Shown here piece after piece: positions 19,076-28,772 of a DNA stretch of 32,404 nucleotides. Both the position numbers and the translations under genes were made by a program. Every line of letters starts with the position of its first letter. Positions within the stretch are counted from its first letter, which is position 1. This stretch comes from Verrucomicrobiota bacterium. Its GTDB lineage: Bacteria; Verrucomicrobiota; Lentisphaeria; Lentisphaerales; Lentisphaeraceae. The stretch spans positions 1-32,404 of the forward strand of contig JBDKFG010000059.1 of NCBI GenBank assembly GCA_039798785.1, read 5' to 3'. Below the pieces are notes generated by a model, which worked only from the letters and a program-made list of their open reading frames with translations, was not told the DNA's origin and searched no databases.

Positions 19076-19429
19076 GCGCCCTGGAAGGGCGGCCGGCAGA
19101 TAGCCCAGTGTGTAGCGACGAGGCACGAGTCGCAACTCCTGGGAGCACCGGCGTCCCGCCGGGTGTTTTGCGTTGCTCGTGCAGCGACGCTGCTCCTGGG
19201 AGCGCCGGCTGCCAGCCGGTTGCGGTTCTGCGTTCGTCGCTTTGCAACAGCATGATTGCAACCGAAGCTTTCAAGCCCCGGTGGGCTGGGGCAGGGATTC
19301 GGCGTCGAGGCAGCGACGCGGAGACAGGGAGAGCTGTCGGCTGCATTTCGGGTCGTCCGGCGCCCCCCAGCTTCCGGGGATTTGCGATGGGCGCAGAGCC
19401 ACAACCGGCTGGCAGCCGGCGCTCCCAGG
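19076..19429. repeat. REP/REPIN-like palindromic repeat cluster
   Basis: CCTGGGAGCGCCGGCTGCCAGCCGGTTGCGGTTCTGCG (19195-19232) matches an inverted copy at 19392-19429 (36/38); variant copy at 19136-19163. Confidence 0.85.
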
Positions 19430-19467
19430 GACTCCATCGCTTCGCGACGAGCGGCAGCAAGCGCAGC

Positions 19468-19929
19468 TTAACGGGCATGGTGATCCTCTGGACTTGTGGG
19501 TTTTCCATCACCTTGACAAGGCAAGACCGAGAGGATTTCACCGGAACGGGCGCAGAAGCTGCCGCCGAGGTCACCGCCAATGGCGGATTCACAGATGACG
19601 GCAAACTCGCCCGAGACATCCGGTTGACCGATCTCCAGGCTCATCAAGATGTCGCTGCCGCCGACGACCCTCAAAGATTCACTGCCGTCCAAAGGCAGAG
19701 AGTTGTCGCGGACGCCGCAAAAACGGAAGCGGACGAGGTGGTGCTTGATCAGTCGATAGTAGCCGCGTTCGTCGATCTCATTCGTCATCACGAAGCCATG
19801 GACGGTGAAGCGCAATTCATCTCCCTCCATGGCGACATCGAATAGCGGGGCGTCGTGGAACGACGGCCAGTAGCCGAAGGCGTCGACGACGGCTTGGGTG
19901 TTTTGGAGATGAGTGGGAGTGGGTGTCAT
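19468..19929 (-). CDS. Imm50-family immunity protein
   Basis: AVVDAFGYWPSFHDA N-terminal signature; HHLVRFRF. Confidence 0.75.
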   Translation of the reverse strand: MTPTPTHLQNTQAVVDAFGYWPSFHDAPLFDVAMEGDELRFTVHGFVMTNEIDERGYYRLIKHHLVRFRFCGVRDNSLPLDGSESLRVVGGSDILMSLEIGQPDVSGEFAVICESAIGGDLGGSFCARSGEILSVLPCQGDGKPTSPEDHHAR

Positions 19930-19940
19930 GAACGTATATG

Positions 19941-20597
19941 TTACGGCTTGCTCATTTCTTCGAAGATCAAATAGCCGTCACGATACGCCAAGCGGAGCAC
20001 ACCATTCTCGCCGGCCTCACAGAAGTGATTTTCGCCCGCGGCGAAGAAACGCAGGCCCATGGCGTCGACGATCTGGTTGAACTCCTCAAGCGTGACCTTG
20101 ACCCGGACTCGCAGGATATTACCCACTTGGAATTCCCCGTTGAAATCGGGTAGGATCAAGGCGCCCGGCGGCAGCAGGCTTTCCAATTCCTCCAAACGGG
20201 AGGAGGGCAGCAGGAGCAGAACGCAAACGACGAAGGCCGATAAGGCACCGCCCCCCCAGACCAGGGAATGCCAGGCCTTCCACCGGAAAGGCGGGTGCTC
20301 GTGGGAGTAGTCGCCGCGCCTCCAGACCAGCAAGAGGCCGAGAAGATAAATGACCAACATGCCGACGATCCAGACGCTCCAATCCAGCACTTCGGACAAG
20401 CCCCATCGCTCCCCCAGAACGATCGAAATGAAAGTCCAGATCATCACCGCTGCCAAGCTCAGAAAAATCGAACGCTTCGCACTTTTCCCGGCGTGAAGTT
20501 GAGATTGACAGGTCGGGCAGACCACTCGCAACAGGTTCCACGCCGTCCAGAATTTCTTCTGCGGGAGGGGAGCTTGGCATTGAGAGCAGGTGATCAT
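19941..20597 (-). CDS. Hypothetical membrane protein with N-terminal CxxC...CxxC
   Basis: CSQC...CPTC followed by three hydrophobic segments; overlaps the upstream stop. Confidence 0.6.
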   Translation of the reverse strand: MITCSQCQAPLPQKKFWTAWNLLRVVCPTCQSQLHAGKSAKRSIFLSLAAVMIWTFISIVLGERWGLSEVLDWSVWIVGMLVIYLLGLLLVWRRGDYSHEHPPFRWKAWHSLVWGGGALSAFVVCVLLLLPSSRLEELESLLPPGALILPDFNGEFQVGNILRVRVKVTLEEFNQIVDAMGLRFFAAGENHFCEAGENGVLRLAYRDGYLIFEEMSKP

Positions 20598-20824
20598 GTG
20601 ATATCATCCTTCTTCTTCATCGATGAGCGGAAATAATCAGGTAAAACAAAGGCAGGCCAGATCAGCGACAGAAACGCCAACGGACAGGCGAGCAAGGGCA
20701 AGTTGCCTAGCTGGGGAAACAACTGGCGATAGTAGGCCGCGCCGCCAAGGATCAGCAGCACCTGCAAAGTGCCGAAGAAGCTGAGGAGAACGATGCGGAG
20801 GAAGATGAAGATGCGTGATTTCAT
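20594..20824 (-). CDS. Small hypothetical membrane protein (2 TM)
   Basis: 76 aa, hydrophobic, 4-bp overlaps on both sides. Confidence 0.55.
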   Translation of the reverse strand: MKSRIFIFLRIVLLSFFGTLQVLLILGGAAYYRQLFPQLGNLPLLACPLAFLSLIWPAFVLPDYFRSSMKKKDDIT

Positions 20825-21744
20825 TTACCCGATCCTCGCGCCAAGCGGCTGAGCGCCCACCACGAGTAGATCGGGAAAGGCAGGTAAGCAAGCGCCGCCC
20901 ATTTGCCCCAGTCGTAACGCCAGGCGAGGAAGCCGAAGAGCAGGACGCCGATCGTGGTGCGGATGTACCACATGCGCCGCTGACGCCGGACCAGCTCGGA
21001 AATGATCAGAGGGCGGATCGTGTTGCTGAGTTTACTGGTTTCGGGCTGGTCGGCTATTGGTTTACTGTTAGAAGCAATCGTGGAGGGACAGGCATCCCGT
21101 TTATTGCGTTCATGTGCTTCGATTTTTTGCCAACTATCTCCACTTTGATAGCGCTGATCAAAAGCTCGTTCCACGAAGTTCCGTACTTCATCATCAGATG
21201 GCATTTCTCCTGAGGTTTTTTGGGCTTCAGCATTCACGAACTTATAGCGAAATTCTTCCATTTTCTCGGAGCGATCAAACTCTTTCTTAAGAATTCCGTT
21301 ATCGAAGACCAATTCAATTACACTCTTATACCTCCATGGCGGAGCATAACCCCTGCGTCGATAAAGTTCTTCTATGTATCCATCTACCAGCAACAAGCCG
21401 CCGGAATAGTTAAGCTTGTACTTCAATCCATCGTAGTGGTTATTGAAAAAGCTGCGTTCCCTTCCTGTGGCTATTGGTGCGACGCCATTGATGATGGGGC
21501 CTTCGATACAATCATCTTCCAACTTGCCTGCACTGCGGAGAATAAGATTAACATCTAGGGCATCCAACACCAAATGCGATTCATGGATGGCGAAAATTGC
21601 TTGATATCCGCGCCAACAAGCGGAGCACGTTCCTGCTGGCTCAAGCCCCAATAAAGAGGGATCGAACAATTTGCCTTCGCTGATACCATCAACCGCAAAA
21701 TCGCGATTGCGGTAACGGAAGGAATCGGGCATTTGAGCGGTCAT
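20821..21744 (-). CDS. Hypothetical protein (MTAQ...CWRGY type) with AT-rich body and GC-rich hydrophobic tail
   Basis: AGGAG RBS; motifs SACWRGYQA and ELVFDNG; composition changes near 21050-21100. Confidence 0.75.
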   Translation of the reverse strand: MTAQMPDSFRYRNRDFAVDGISEGKLFDPSLLGLEPAGTCSACWRGYQAIFAIHESHLVLDALDVNLILRSAGKLEDDCIEGPIINGVAPIATGRERSFFNNHYDGLKYKLNYSGGLLLVDGYIEELYRRRGYAPPWRYKSVIELVFDNGILKKEFDRSEKMEEFRYKFVNAEAQKTSGEMPSDDEVRNFVERAFDQRYQSGDSWQKIEAHERNKRDACPSTIASNSKPIADQPETSKLSNTIRPLIISELVRRQRRMWYIRTTIGVLLFGFLAWRYDWGKWAALAYLPFPIYSWWALSRLARGSGK

Positions 21745-21783
21745 GGGTGACTCCTGGATAATCCGATGTCAGCATCCTCAAAA

Positions 21784-21834
21784 TAGCACAGACGTCCCGC
21801 CTGTCGCGTTCACGGGCGGGATGACCGCGCTCCA
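21784..21834. repeat. REP-like doublet
   Basis: AGCACAGACGTCCCGCCTGT followed by inverted ACGGGCGGGATGACCGCGCTCC; related to 19136-19163. Confidence 0.65.
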
Positions 21835-21900
21835 TTTTAGGTTCGTGCCCCCCAAATCTCTTCATGATTGTGATGGGCTTATTTCCTCTTCGCTCAGGCA

Positions 21901-22185
21901 TCATGAGTCTTTATTCTTTTTCTTAAGAACATCAAGATCGGTGAACCAAATGGAGTTTATTGGTTTGTCTGATTGCTGCACCTTATCGATCATCCGATTT
22001 TCAATCCAATGAAGAAGAAGTCCGCCTTCTATCCCGATAACCCAAACCAAACTCAGGAAAATTACCGAACCAACAGTCCATGGTACTGATTTAGAAAAAA
22101 TGGCTGCAACCGCGAATAAGCTAAGGCAAATGACAAGGATGACGATGCGGAATAATATGGTGGCTCTAAGACGCCGCTTTTCCAT
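21901..22185 (-). CDS. Small AT-rich hypothetical membrane protein
   Basis: 94 aa, two hydrophobic segments, GAGAGG upstream. Confidence 0.55.
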   Translation of the reverse strand: MEKRRLRATILFRIVILVICLSLFAVAAIFSKSVPWTVGSVIFLSLVWVIGIEGGLLLHWIENRMIDKVQQSDKPINSIWFTDLDVLKKKNKDS

Positions 22186-22225
22186 GATGATCCTCTCAAT
22201 TTTGCGTCACGATGAACTCAAAAAA

Positions 22226-22717
22226 TCACTCCGCTTCGGCGAAGTCGACATTGTATTTGAGAGCCGCCGCACCAGTCCACTCATCGCCCTTGCTGGCAAG
22301 AATCAGCTTCAGGAGCTCTTCGATGGAATCACAGATGCCGAACAACTCAAACGGGAAAGTCTCGTGATCGCAGTCAATGAGTTTCCCGTAGGTGGGCAAT
22401 TCAGGATCGATGCCGATGCCAACGAAACCGACATCACCGATAGTCAAGATAGCCAAGAGAGACGGCATCTCTTCGTCGGCGTGCAGCAAGGAGCTGGCGA
22501 GATCCATCTCCGCTGCAGGCAGCAGTCGATAGACACATTCACCTTCGGCATCCGCAGTGGTGGGGAAGAACTCAATCCCGTTGCTGAAGCTCAGGAGAGT
22601 CACCAGATCGGCCGGCAAATCGAAGGCGAGCTTCTTGCGGAGTGCGGCCAGATTGGCTTTGCTAGCCGGAGCTTGGCAAGCATGATCCTGTTTGATTTTC
22701 TGAAGCAGATCTTTCAT
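22226..22717 (-). CDS. SMI1/KNR4 family (immunity-like) protein
   Basis: PAS...L..L...L.F.LP.D....L..SNG signature; IDCDHET; start MKDLL with GAGG upstream. Confidence 0.8.
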   Translation of the reverse strand: MKDLLQKIKQDHACQAPASKANLAALRKKLAFDLPADLVTLLSFSNGIEFFPTTADAEGECVYRLLPAAEMDLASSLLHADEEMPSLLAILTIGDVGFVGIGIDPELPTYGKLIDCDHETFPFELFGICDSIEELLKLILASKGDEWTGAAALKYNVDFAEAE

Positions 22718-22737
22718 GGGGAGCCTCTTTTGGTTTC

Positions 22738-22769
22738 GCGCCCCCCGCAAATCTCTTCGCGGGGGGCGC
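22738..22769. other. Strong GC hairpin downstream of acs (terminator or stability element)
   Basis: GCGCCCCCCGC-N10-GCGGGGGGCGC; no U-tract on the acs strand. Confidence 0.55.
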
Positions 22770-22872
22770 AAGTTTTCAGCTTCATCCGATCCGACCGATC
22801 GGACTGATCTTCGAGCTGCTGGGAACGCGCGCAGCTTGGCTGAGCGCGATCTTCAAGCGGCTGTGAACGACC

Positions 22873-24840
<1,968 letters not shown>

Positions 24841-24964
24841 GCGGGGATCTCCATGGGGGTCGTGTACAGGTGAAAAATAAGCGGCTCGCCAATTTGCCGG
24901 AGCGGGACACTTTTCCAAGTGGCAGTGACAGGATTTTTGATCTACGCAGCTCAGTTTCCGCCCT

Positions 24965-25108
24965 GAATCTAGATCCTGAAGTTGAGCGTGCCCTCAGCTT
25001 CTGAATCCAGGATTCAAGATTCAAAACTCAAAATTCCAGATAGCGACTACAGAATCAAAAATTAAAGATTAAAAATTCCGCGATGGAATGACCGTCAACT
25101 TCGGAATC
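24965..25108. repeat. Second, degenerate heptamer/GANTC tract
   Basis: GATTCAAGATTCAAAACTCAAAATTCCAGA; GANTC at 24965, 25003, 25011, 25018, 25052 and 25104. Confidence 0.75.
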
Positions 25109-25143
25109 CAGGCGGAAATATAAGCGACCGTGATACAAGTCGC

Positions 25144-25184
25144 AAAAAACTCCGCCGCCTCGGGGGAGGCGGCGGAGTTTTTTT
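25144..25184 (-). terminator. Intrinsic (bidirectional) terminator after rplQ
   Basis: AAAAAACTCCGCCGCCTC-GGGG-GAGGCGGCGGAGTTTTTT. Confidence 0.9.
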
Positions 25185-25200
25185 CCCTTGCGGGGGGCGA

Positions 25201-25602
25201 TCAGGCCTGCTTGTCGGCGCTGGCATCGGCGGCGGGGGCCGCGTTTTCGTTGCCGACGAGTTCAAGGAGGCAGGTCTCGGCACCGTCACCGCGGCGCTTG
25301 CCGAGGCGGATGATGCGAGTGTAGCCACCGTTGCGGCCGTTCATGCGGGGACCGACTTCGTCGAAGAGAACTCGGACGGCGTCGAGGTTGCGCATGGTGA
25401 CGAGGGCGAGGCGACGGTTGTGGAGGTCGCCGACCTTGGCATGGGTGACCATTTTATCAGTCACGCGACCGACTTCTTTGGCTTTGGTGGGGGTGGTGAT
25501 GACTCGACCGTGGAGGACGAGGCTGCTGACCATGTTGGCGACCAGGCAGCCACGGTGCTCGGCGGTGCGGCCGATCTTGAAGGTCTTCTTCTTATGGCGC
25601 AT
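25201..25602 (-). CDS. rplQ: 50S ribosomal protein L17
   Basis: MRHKKK...GRTAEHR, RNGGYTRIIRLGKRRGDGA. Confidence 0.97.
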   Translation of the reverse strand: MRHKKKTFKIGRTAEHRGCLVANMVSSLVLHGRVITTPTKAKEVGRVTDKMVTHAKVGDLHNRRLALVTMRNLDAVRVLFDEVGPRMNGRNGGYTRIIRLGKRRGDGAETCLLELVGNENAAPAADASADKQA

Positions 25603-26614
25603 CGGATTTGACTTCCTCTTTCTCAATCATCTTCTGGAAGGCGGCGCGGACTTCGTCCTTCAGCTTCATGCTGAGGCCGAGGCCGAGTTCGGCCATGCGG
25701 TCCTTGATTTCGTCCAGAGACTTCTTGCCGAAGTTACGGTATTTGAGCATTTCGCTTTCGCTCTTCTGCAGGAGTTCGCCGAGGAAACGGATCTCGGCGT
25801 TCTTCAGGCAGTTTTGAGCGCGGACGGAGAGCTCGATGGAGTGGACGCCGATCATCATCTTGCGGAGCATCGCTTCGTCTTCAACCGAGAGGTTGAGGGG
25901 AGCGTCGTCGCCACCGCGGTTGTCGGTGAAGACAGCGAGGTGTTCGCGGAGGATGGCAGCGGATTGTTTGACGGAGTCAGCGGGGCTGACGCGGCCATCG
26001 GTCCAGACTTCCAGGATGAGCTTGTCGTAGTCAGTGGTCTGACCGACACGCGCCTGGGTGACGTCGTAGGAGACGCGGACGACGGGGCTGAAGAGGGAGT
26101 CCACGGGGATCAGGCCGATCGGCGCGTCCTCGGGCTTGTTCTCGTCAGCCGAGCGCCAGCCGCGGCCCTTGGCGATTTCAAACTCGATACGGAGCTTGCC
26201 TTCGCGGTCGAGGGTGCAGATGTGCTGGTCCTTGTTGAGGACGGTGGTGACACCGTCTTCGCGGATGTCGGCCGCGGTGACGGCGCCGCGAGTGTTCTTT
26301 TCGAGAACGAGCTTGCGGGGGAGTTCACCTTCGGAGACGAAGCGGAGCTTCTTGAAGTTCAGCACGATGTCGGTCACATCCTCGAGGACGTCGGGGACGG
26401 GGGCGAATTCGTGAAGAACGCCGTCGATGCGGATCCAGGTGACGCTGATGCCTTCGAGCGAAGACAGCAGGACACGGCGCAGGCTGTTGCCAAGGGTTTG
26501 GCCAAAGCCTTTCTCGAGGGGTTCAGCGATGAATTTGCCGTACTTGTCGCTAGAGGATTCTTCCTCTTGGACGAGGCGGCTGGGCATAGCGAACTGAGCC
26601 TTGATGGCGTTCAT
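25592..26614 (-). CDS. rpoA: RNA polymerase alpha subunit
   Basis: EPLEKGFGQTLGNSLRRVLLSS, DSLFSPV, ELSVRAQNCL, RNFGKKSL. Confidence 0.98.
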   Translation of the reverse strand: MNAIKAQFAMPSRLVQEEESSSDKYGKFIAEPLEKGFGQTLGNSLRRVLLSSLEGISVTWIRIDGVLHEFAPVPDVLEDVTDIVLNFKKLRFVSEGELPRKLVLEKNTRGAVTAADIREDGVTTVLNKDQHICTLDREGKLRIEFEIAKGRGWRSADENKPEDAPIGLIPVDSLFSPVVRVSYDVTQARVGQTTDYDKLILEVWTDGRVSPADSVKQSAAILREHLAVFTDNRGGDDAPLNLSVEDEAMLRKMMIGVHSIELSVRAQNCLKNAEIRFLGELLQKSESEMLKYRNFGKKSLDEIKDRMAELGLGLSMKLKDEVRAAFQKMIEKEEVKSDAP

Positions 26615-26626
26615 GGAGGGCCTCCG

Positions 26627-27244
26627 TTACTTGGAGTACAGTTCGACGATCATGTGTTCGTCGGCGAGGACAGGAATTTCTTCCTTGAGCGGGAGGCGGG
26701 CGACCGAGCCTTTCATCTCGTCCTTCTCCAGGATGAGCCACTGGGGCACATCGGAGCGGGCGCTGTCGAGACCGCGCTGGACCAGGGCCTTGGACTTGCT
26801 GGCGTCTTTGACGGTGATGACATCACCTTCGCGGACGGTGTAGGAGGGGATGTTGGTGCGGCGGCCGTTGACCGAGACGTGGCCGTGGCCGACGAGCTGG
26901 CGGGCAGCGGTGCGGCCGGGGGCGAAGCCGAGACGGAAGACGACGTTGTCGAGGCGGAGCTCGAGCTGACGAAGCAGGTTGTCGCCGGTGACGCCTTTCA
27001 TCCGCATCGAGCGCTCGAAGATGATCTTGAACTGCTTTTCACGCAGGCCGTAGGCGATCTTGAGCTTCTGCTTCTCTTTCAGCTGGCGGCCGAATTCGGA
27101 GAGCTTCTTGCGAGTGGCGGCAGCACCGTGCTGACCGGGGGGGTTGCTGCGCTTGGCGAGAAGCTTATCGAACTTCAGGTTGCCGAAGAGGTTGGTACCG
27201 AAACGGCGGCAGAGCTTGCCCTTGTTGACGTTGTATTTACCCAT
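26627..27244 (-). CDS. rpsD: 30S ribosomal protein S4 (no Zn-finger cysteine set)
   Basis: [45 protein letters not shown]. Confidence 0.98.
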   Translation of the reverse strand: MGKYNVNKGKLCRRFGTNLFGNLKFDKLLAKRSNPPGQHGAAATRKKLSEFGRQLKEKQKLKIAYGLREKQFKIIFERSMRMKGVTGDNLLRQLELRLDNVVFRLGFAPGRTAARQLVGHGHVSVNGRRTNIPSYTVREGDVITVKDASKSKALVQRGLDSARSDVPQWLILEKDEMKGSVARLPLKEEIPVLADEHMIVELYSK

Positions 27245-27258
27245 GATTGACTCCTAGA

Positions 27259-27714
27259 TCAGACGCGACGGCGCTTAGGCGGGCGGCAGCCGTTATGGGG
27301 AATGGGGGTGACGTCCTTGATGACGCTGACTTCGATGCCGGCGGCGGTGACGCCACGGACAGCGGATTCGCGGCCGGCGCCGGGGCCTTTGACCCAGACT
27401 TCGACTTCACGGACACCGTAGGTCATGGCGCGCTTGGCGGCTTCGGTCGCGACGACCTGGGCGGCATAAGCGGTCGACTTGCGGGAGCCTTTGAAGCCCA
27501 TCTTGCCGGAGGACGACCAGGCCAGAACGTTGCCGTGAGTATCGGTGACGCTGACTTTGGTGTTGTTGAAAGTGGCCAGGACGTGGACGACGCCGTGCGA
27601 GACGTTGGTCGGCATCTTGGCCTTGGCACCCTTCTTACGGGTGACCTGCTTGAGGGCGATCGCGTTGGGATCGTCGGAAAGCACGGTGGAGGTATTTTGA
27701 ACTTGTTCAGCCAT
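27259..27714 (-). CDS. rpsK: 30S ribosomal protein S11 with N-terminal extension
   Basis: [38 protein letters not shown]. Confidence 0.98.
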   Translation of the reverse strand: MAEQVQNTSTVLSDDPNAIALKQVTRKKGAKAKMPTNVSHGVVHVLATFNNTKVSVTDTHGNVLAWSSSGKMGFKGSRKSTAYAAQVVATEAAKRAMTYGVREVEVWVKGPGAGRESAVRGVTAAGIEVSVIKDVTPIPHNGCRPPKRRRV

Positions 27715-27732
27715 GTTGTTTTCCTCGTCCTA

Positions 27733-28125
27733 TCACTTCATGGACTTACGGGCGGTCTTGTCACGGATCGCACCGATGGTCTTGCGCTTGCCCTTGCGGG
27801 TACGGGCGTTCGTCTTGGTGCGCTGACCGCGGACGGGGAGGCTGCGCTTGTGGCGGATGCCACGATAGCAGTTGATCGCCTGGAGGCGGCGGATCGACAT
27901 GGCGATCTGACGACGGAGGTCACCTTCCACCTGGTAGCCGGTATCAATGGCCTTGGTGATGGCGGTGATCTCAGCGTCGGTGAGGTCGTTGGCGCGCTTG
28001 TCGGGGTTGATCCCGCACTGCTCGATGATTTCGGCGGCATTGTTGCGGCCGATGCCATAGATATAGGCGAGGGAGAAGACAACTTTCTTGTTGCCGGGGA
28101 TGTCTACACCGTAGATACGAGGCAT
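27733..28125 (-). CDS. rpsM: 30S ribosomal protein S13
   Basis: [37 protein letters not shown]. Confidence 0.98.
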   Translation of the reverse strand: MPRIYGVDIPGNKKVVFSLAYIYGIGRNNAAEIIEQCGINPDKRANDLTDAEITAITKAIDTGYQVEGDLRRQIAMSIRRLQAINCYRGIRHKRSLPVRGQRTKTNARTRKGKRKTIGAIRDKTARKSMK

Positions 28126-28137
28126 GTGTTGGTTCCC

Positions 28138-28254
28138 TTAGCCTTGTTTCTGCTTGTGGCGAGGATTCTTGGAGCAGATGATGCGGATGATGCCTTCGCG
28201 ACGGATCACGCGGCAGTTCTCGCACATCTTCTTGATGGAGGCTCTGACTTTCAT
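28138..28254 (-). CDS. rpmJ: 50S ribosomal protein L36 (not in the ORF track)
   Basis: Manual translation: [38 protein letters not shown]. Confidence 0.96.
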   Translation of the reverse strand: MKVRASIKKMCENCRVIRREGIIRIICSKNPRHKQKQG

Positions 28255-28366
28255 CAGTTTTATCCTGTGAGTTTTGTTTTCTGAGTTTCAGGGGACTCAG
28301 TGAGTCGACGTCGATGCCTGGCGGTTCGGGCGCCTGGCTTCTGCCGCAGACTGCGGTGGCGCGCCG

Positions 28367-28395
28367 ATTCTACTCGCCTCTCCCCTGCCCTGCAA
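28367..28395 (-). promoter_or_regulatory. sigma70-type promoter of the rpmJ-rplQ operon
   Basis: Minus strand TTGCAG-N17-TAGAAT, GC-rich discriminator (CGGCGCGCC), A/T tracts upstream (28405-28458). Confidence 0.7.
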
Positions 28396-28566
28396 TCCGC
28401 AACAGAAAAAAAAAGTTGTTTTTATTGTTATTGATAATAAATTTTTGAAATTGATAAAAGCGCTCCGGGCCGTGGCTTTGTCACGGAGATTCTACGAAAC
28501 CCGGAATTTTTCGACGTGTATCACACCGCATCGAGCTTGGTCAGAGATGCCTTCAAGCTGCTTTTC

Positions 28567-28622
28567 AGGGAGTCAAGGAGTTGGCGAGTCAAACCCTTGA
28601 ATCCCCTGTTCCTTGACTTCCT
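28567..28622. repeat. Inverted repeat AGGGAGTCAAGGA...TCCTTGACTTCCT with GANTC cluster
   Basis: Arms 28567-28579 and 28610-28622; GANTC at 28570, 28586 and 28599. Confidence 0.6.
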
Positions 28623-28772
28623 AAAGCTGTGATCGTGAAATTCGACTGAGATCAGGCTCAGGTCGGAATTTTTCCAGTGACAGACAAGATTGCGGCGTTT
28701 GCGGCCATCCAAGCTGATTGCGCCCAACGGCGGATTATAGTGGTGCCTGCCAAACCAGTAAAGGAGCCCACG

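Noticed and set aside
19000..19845. Several overlapping ORFs across the REP cluster
   Set aside because: Translations of GC-rich palindromes (repeated WERRLPAG / RLAAGAPR), not plausible proteins.
19430..22225. Integron attC sites in the accessory array
   Set aside because: No convincing RYYYAAC...GTTRRRY pairs at gene ends; several genes overlap or are 11 bp apart; no intI.
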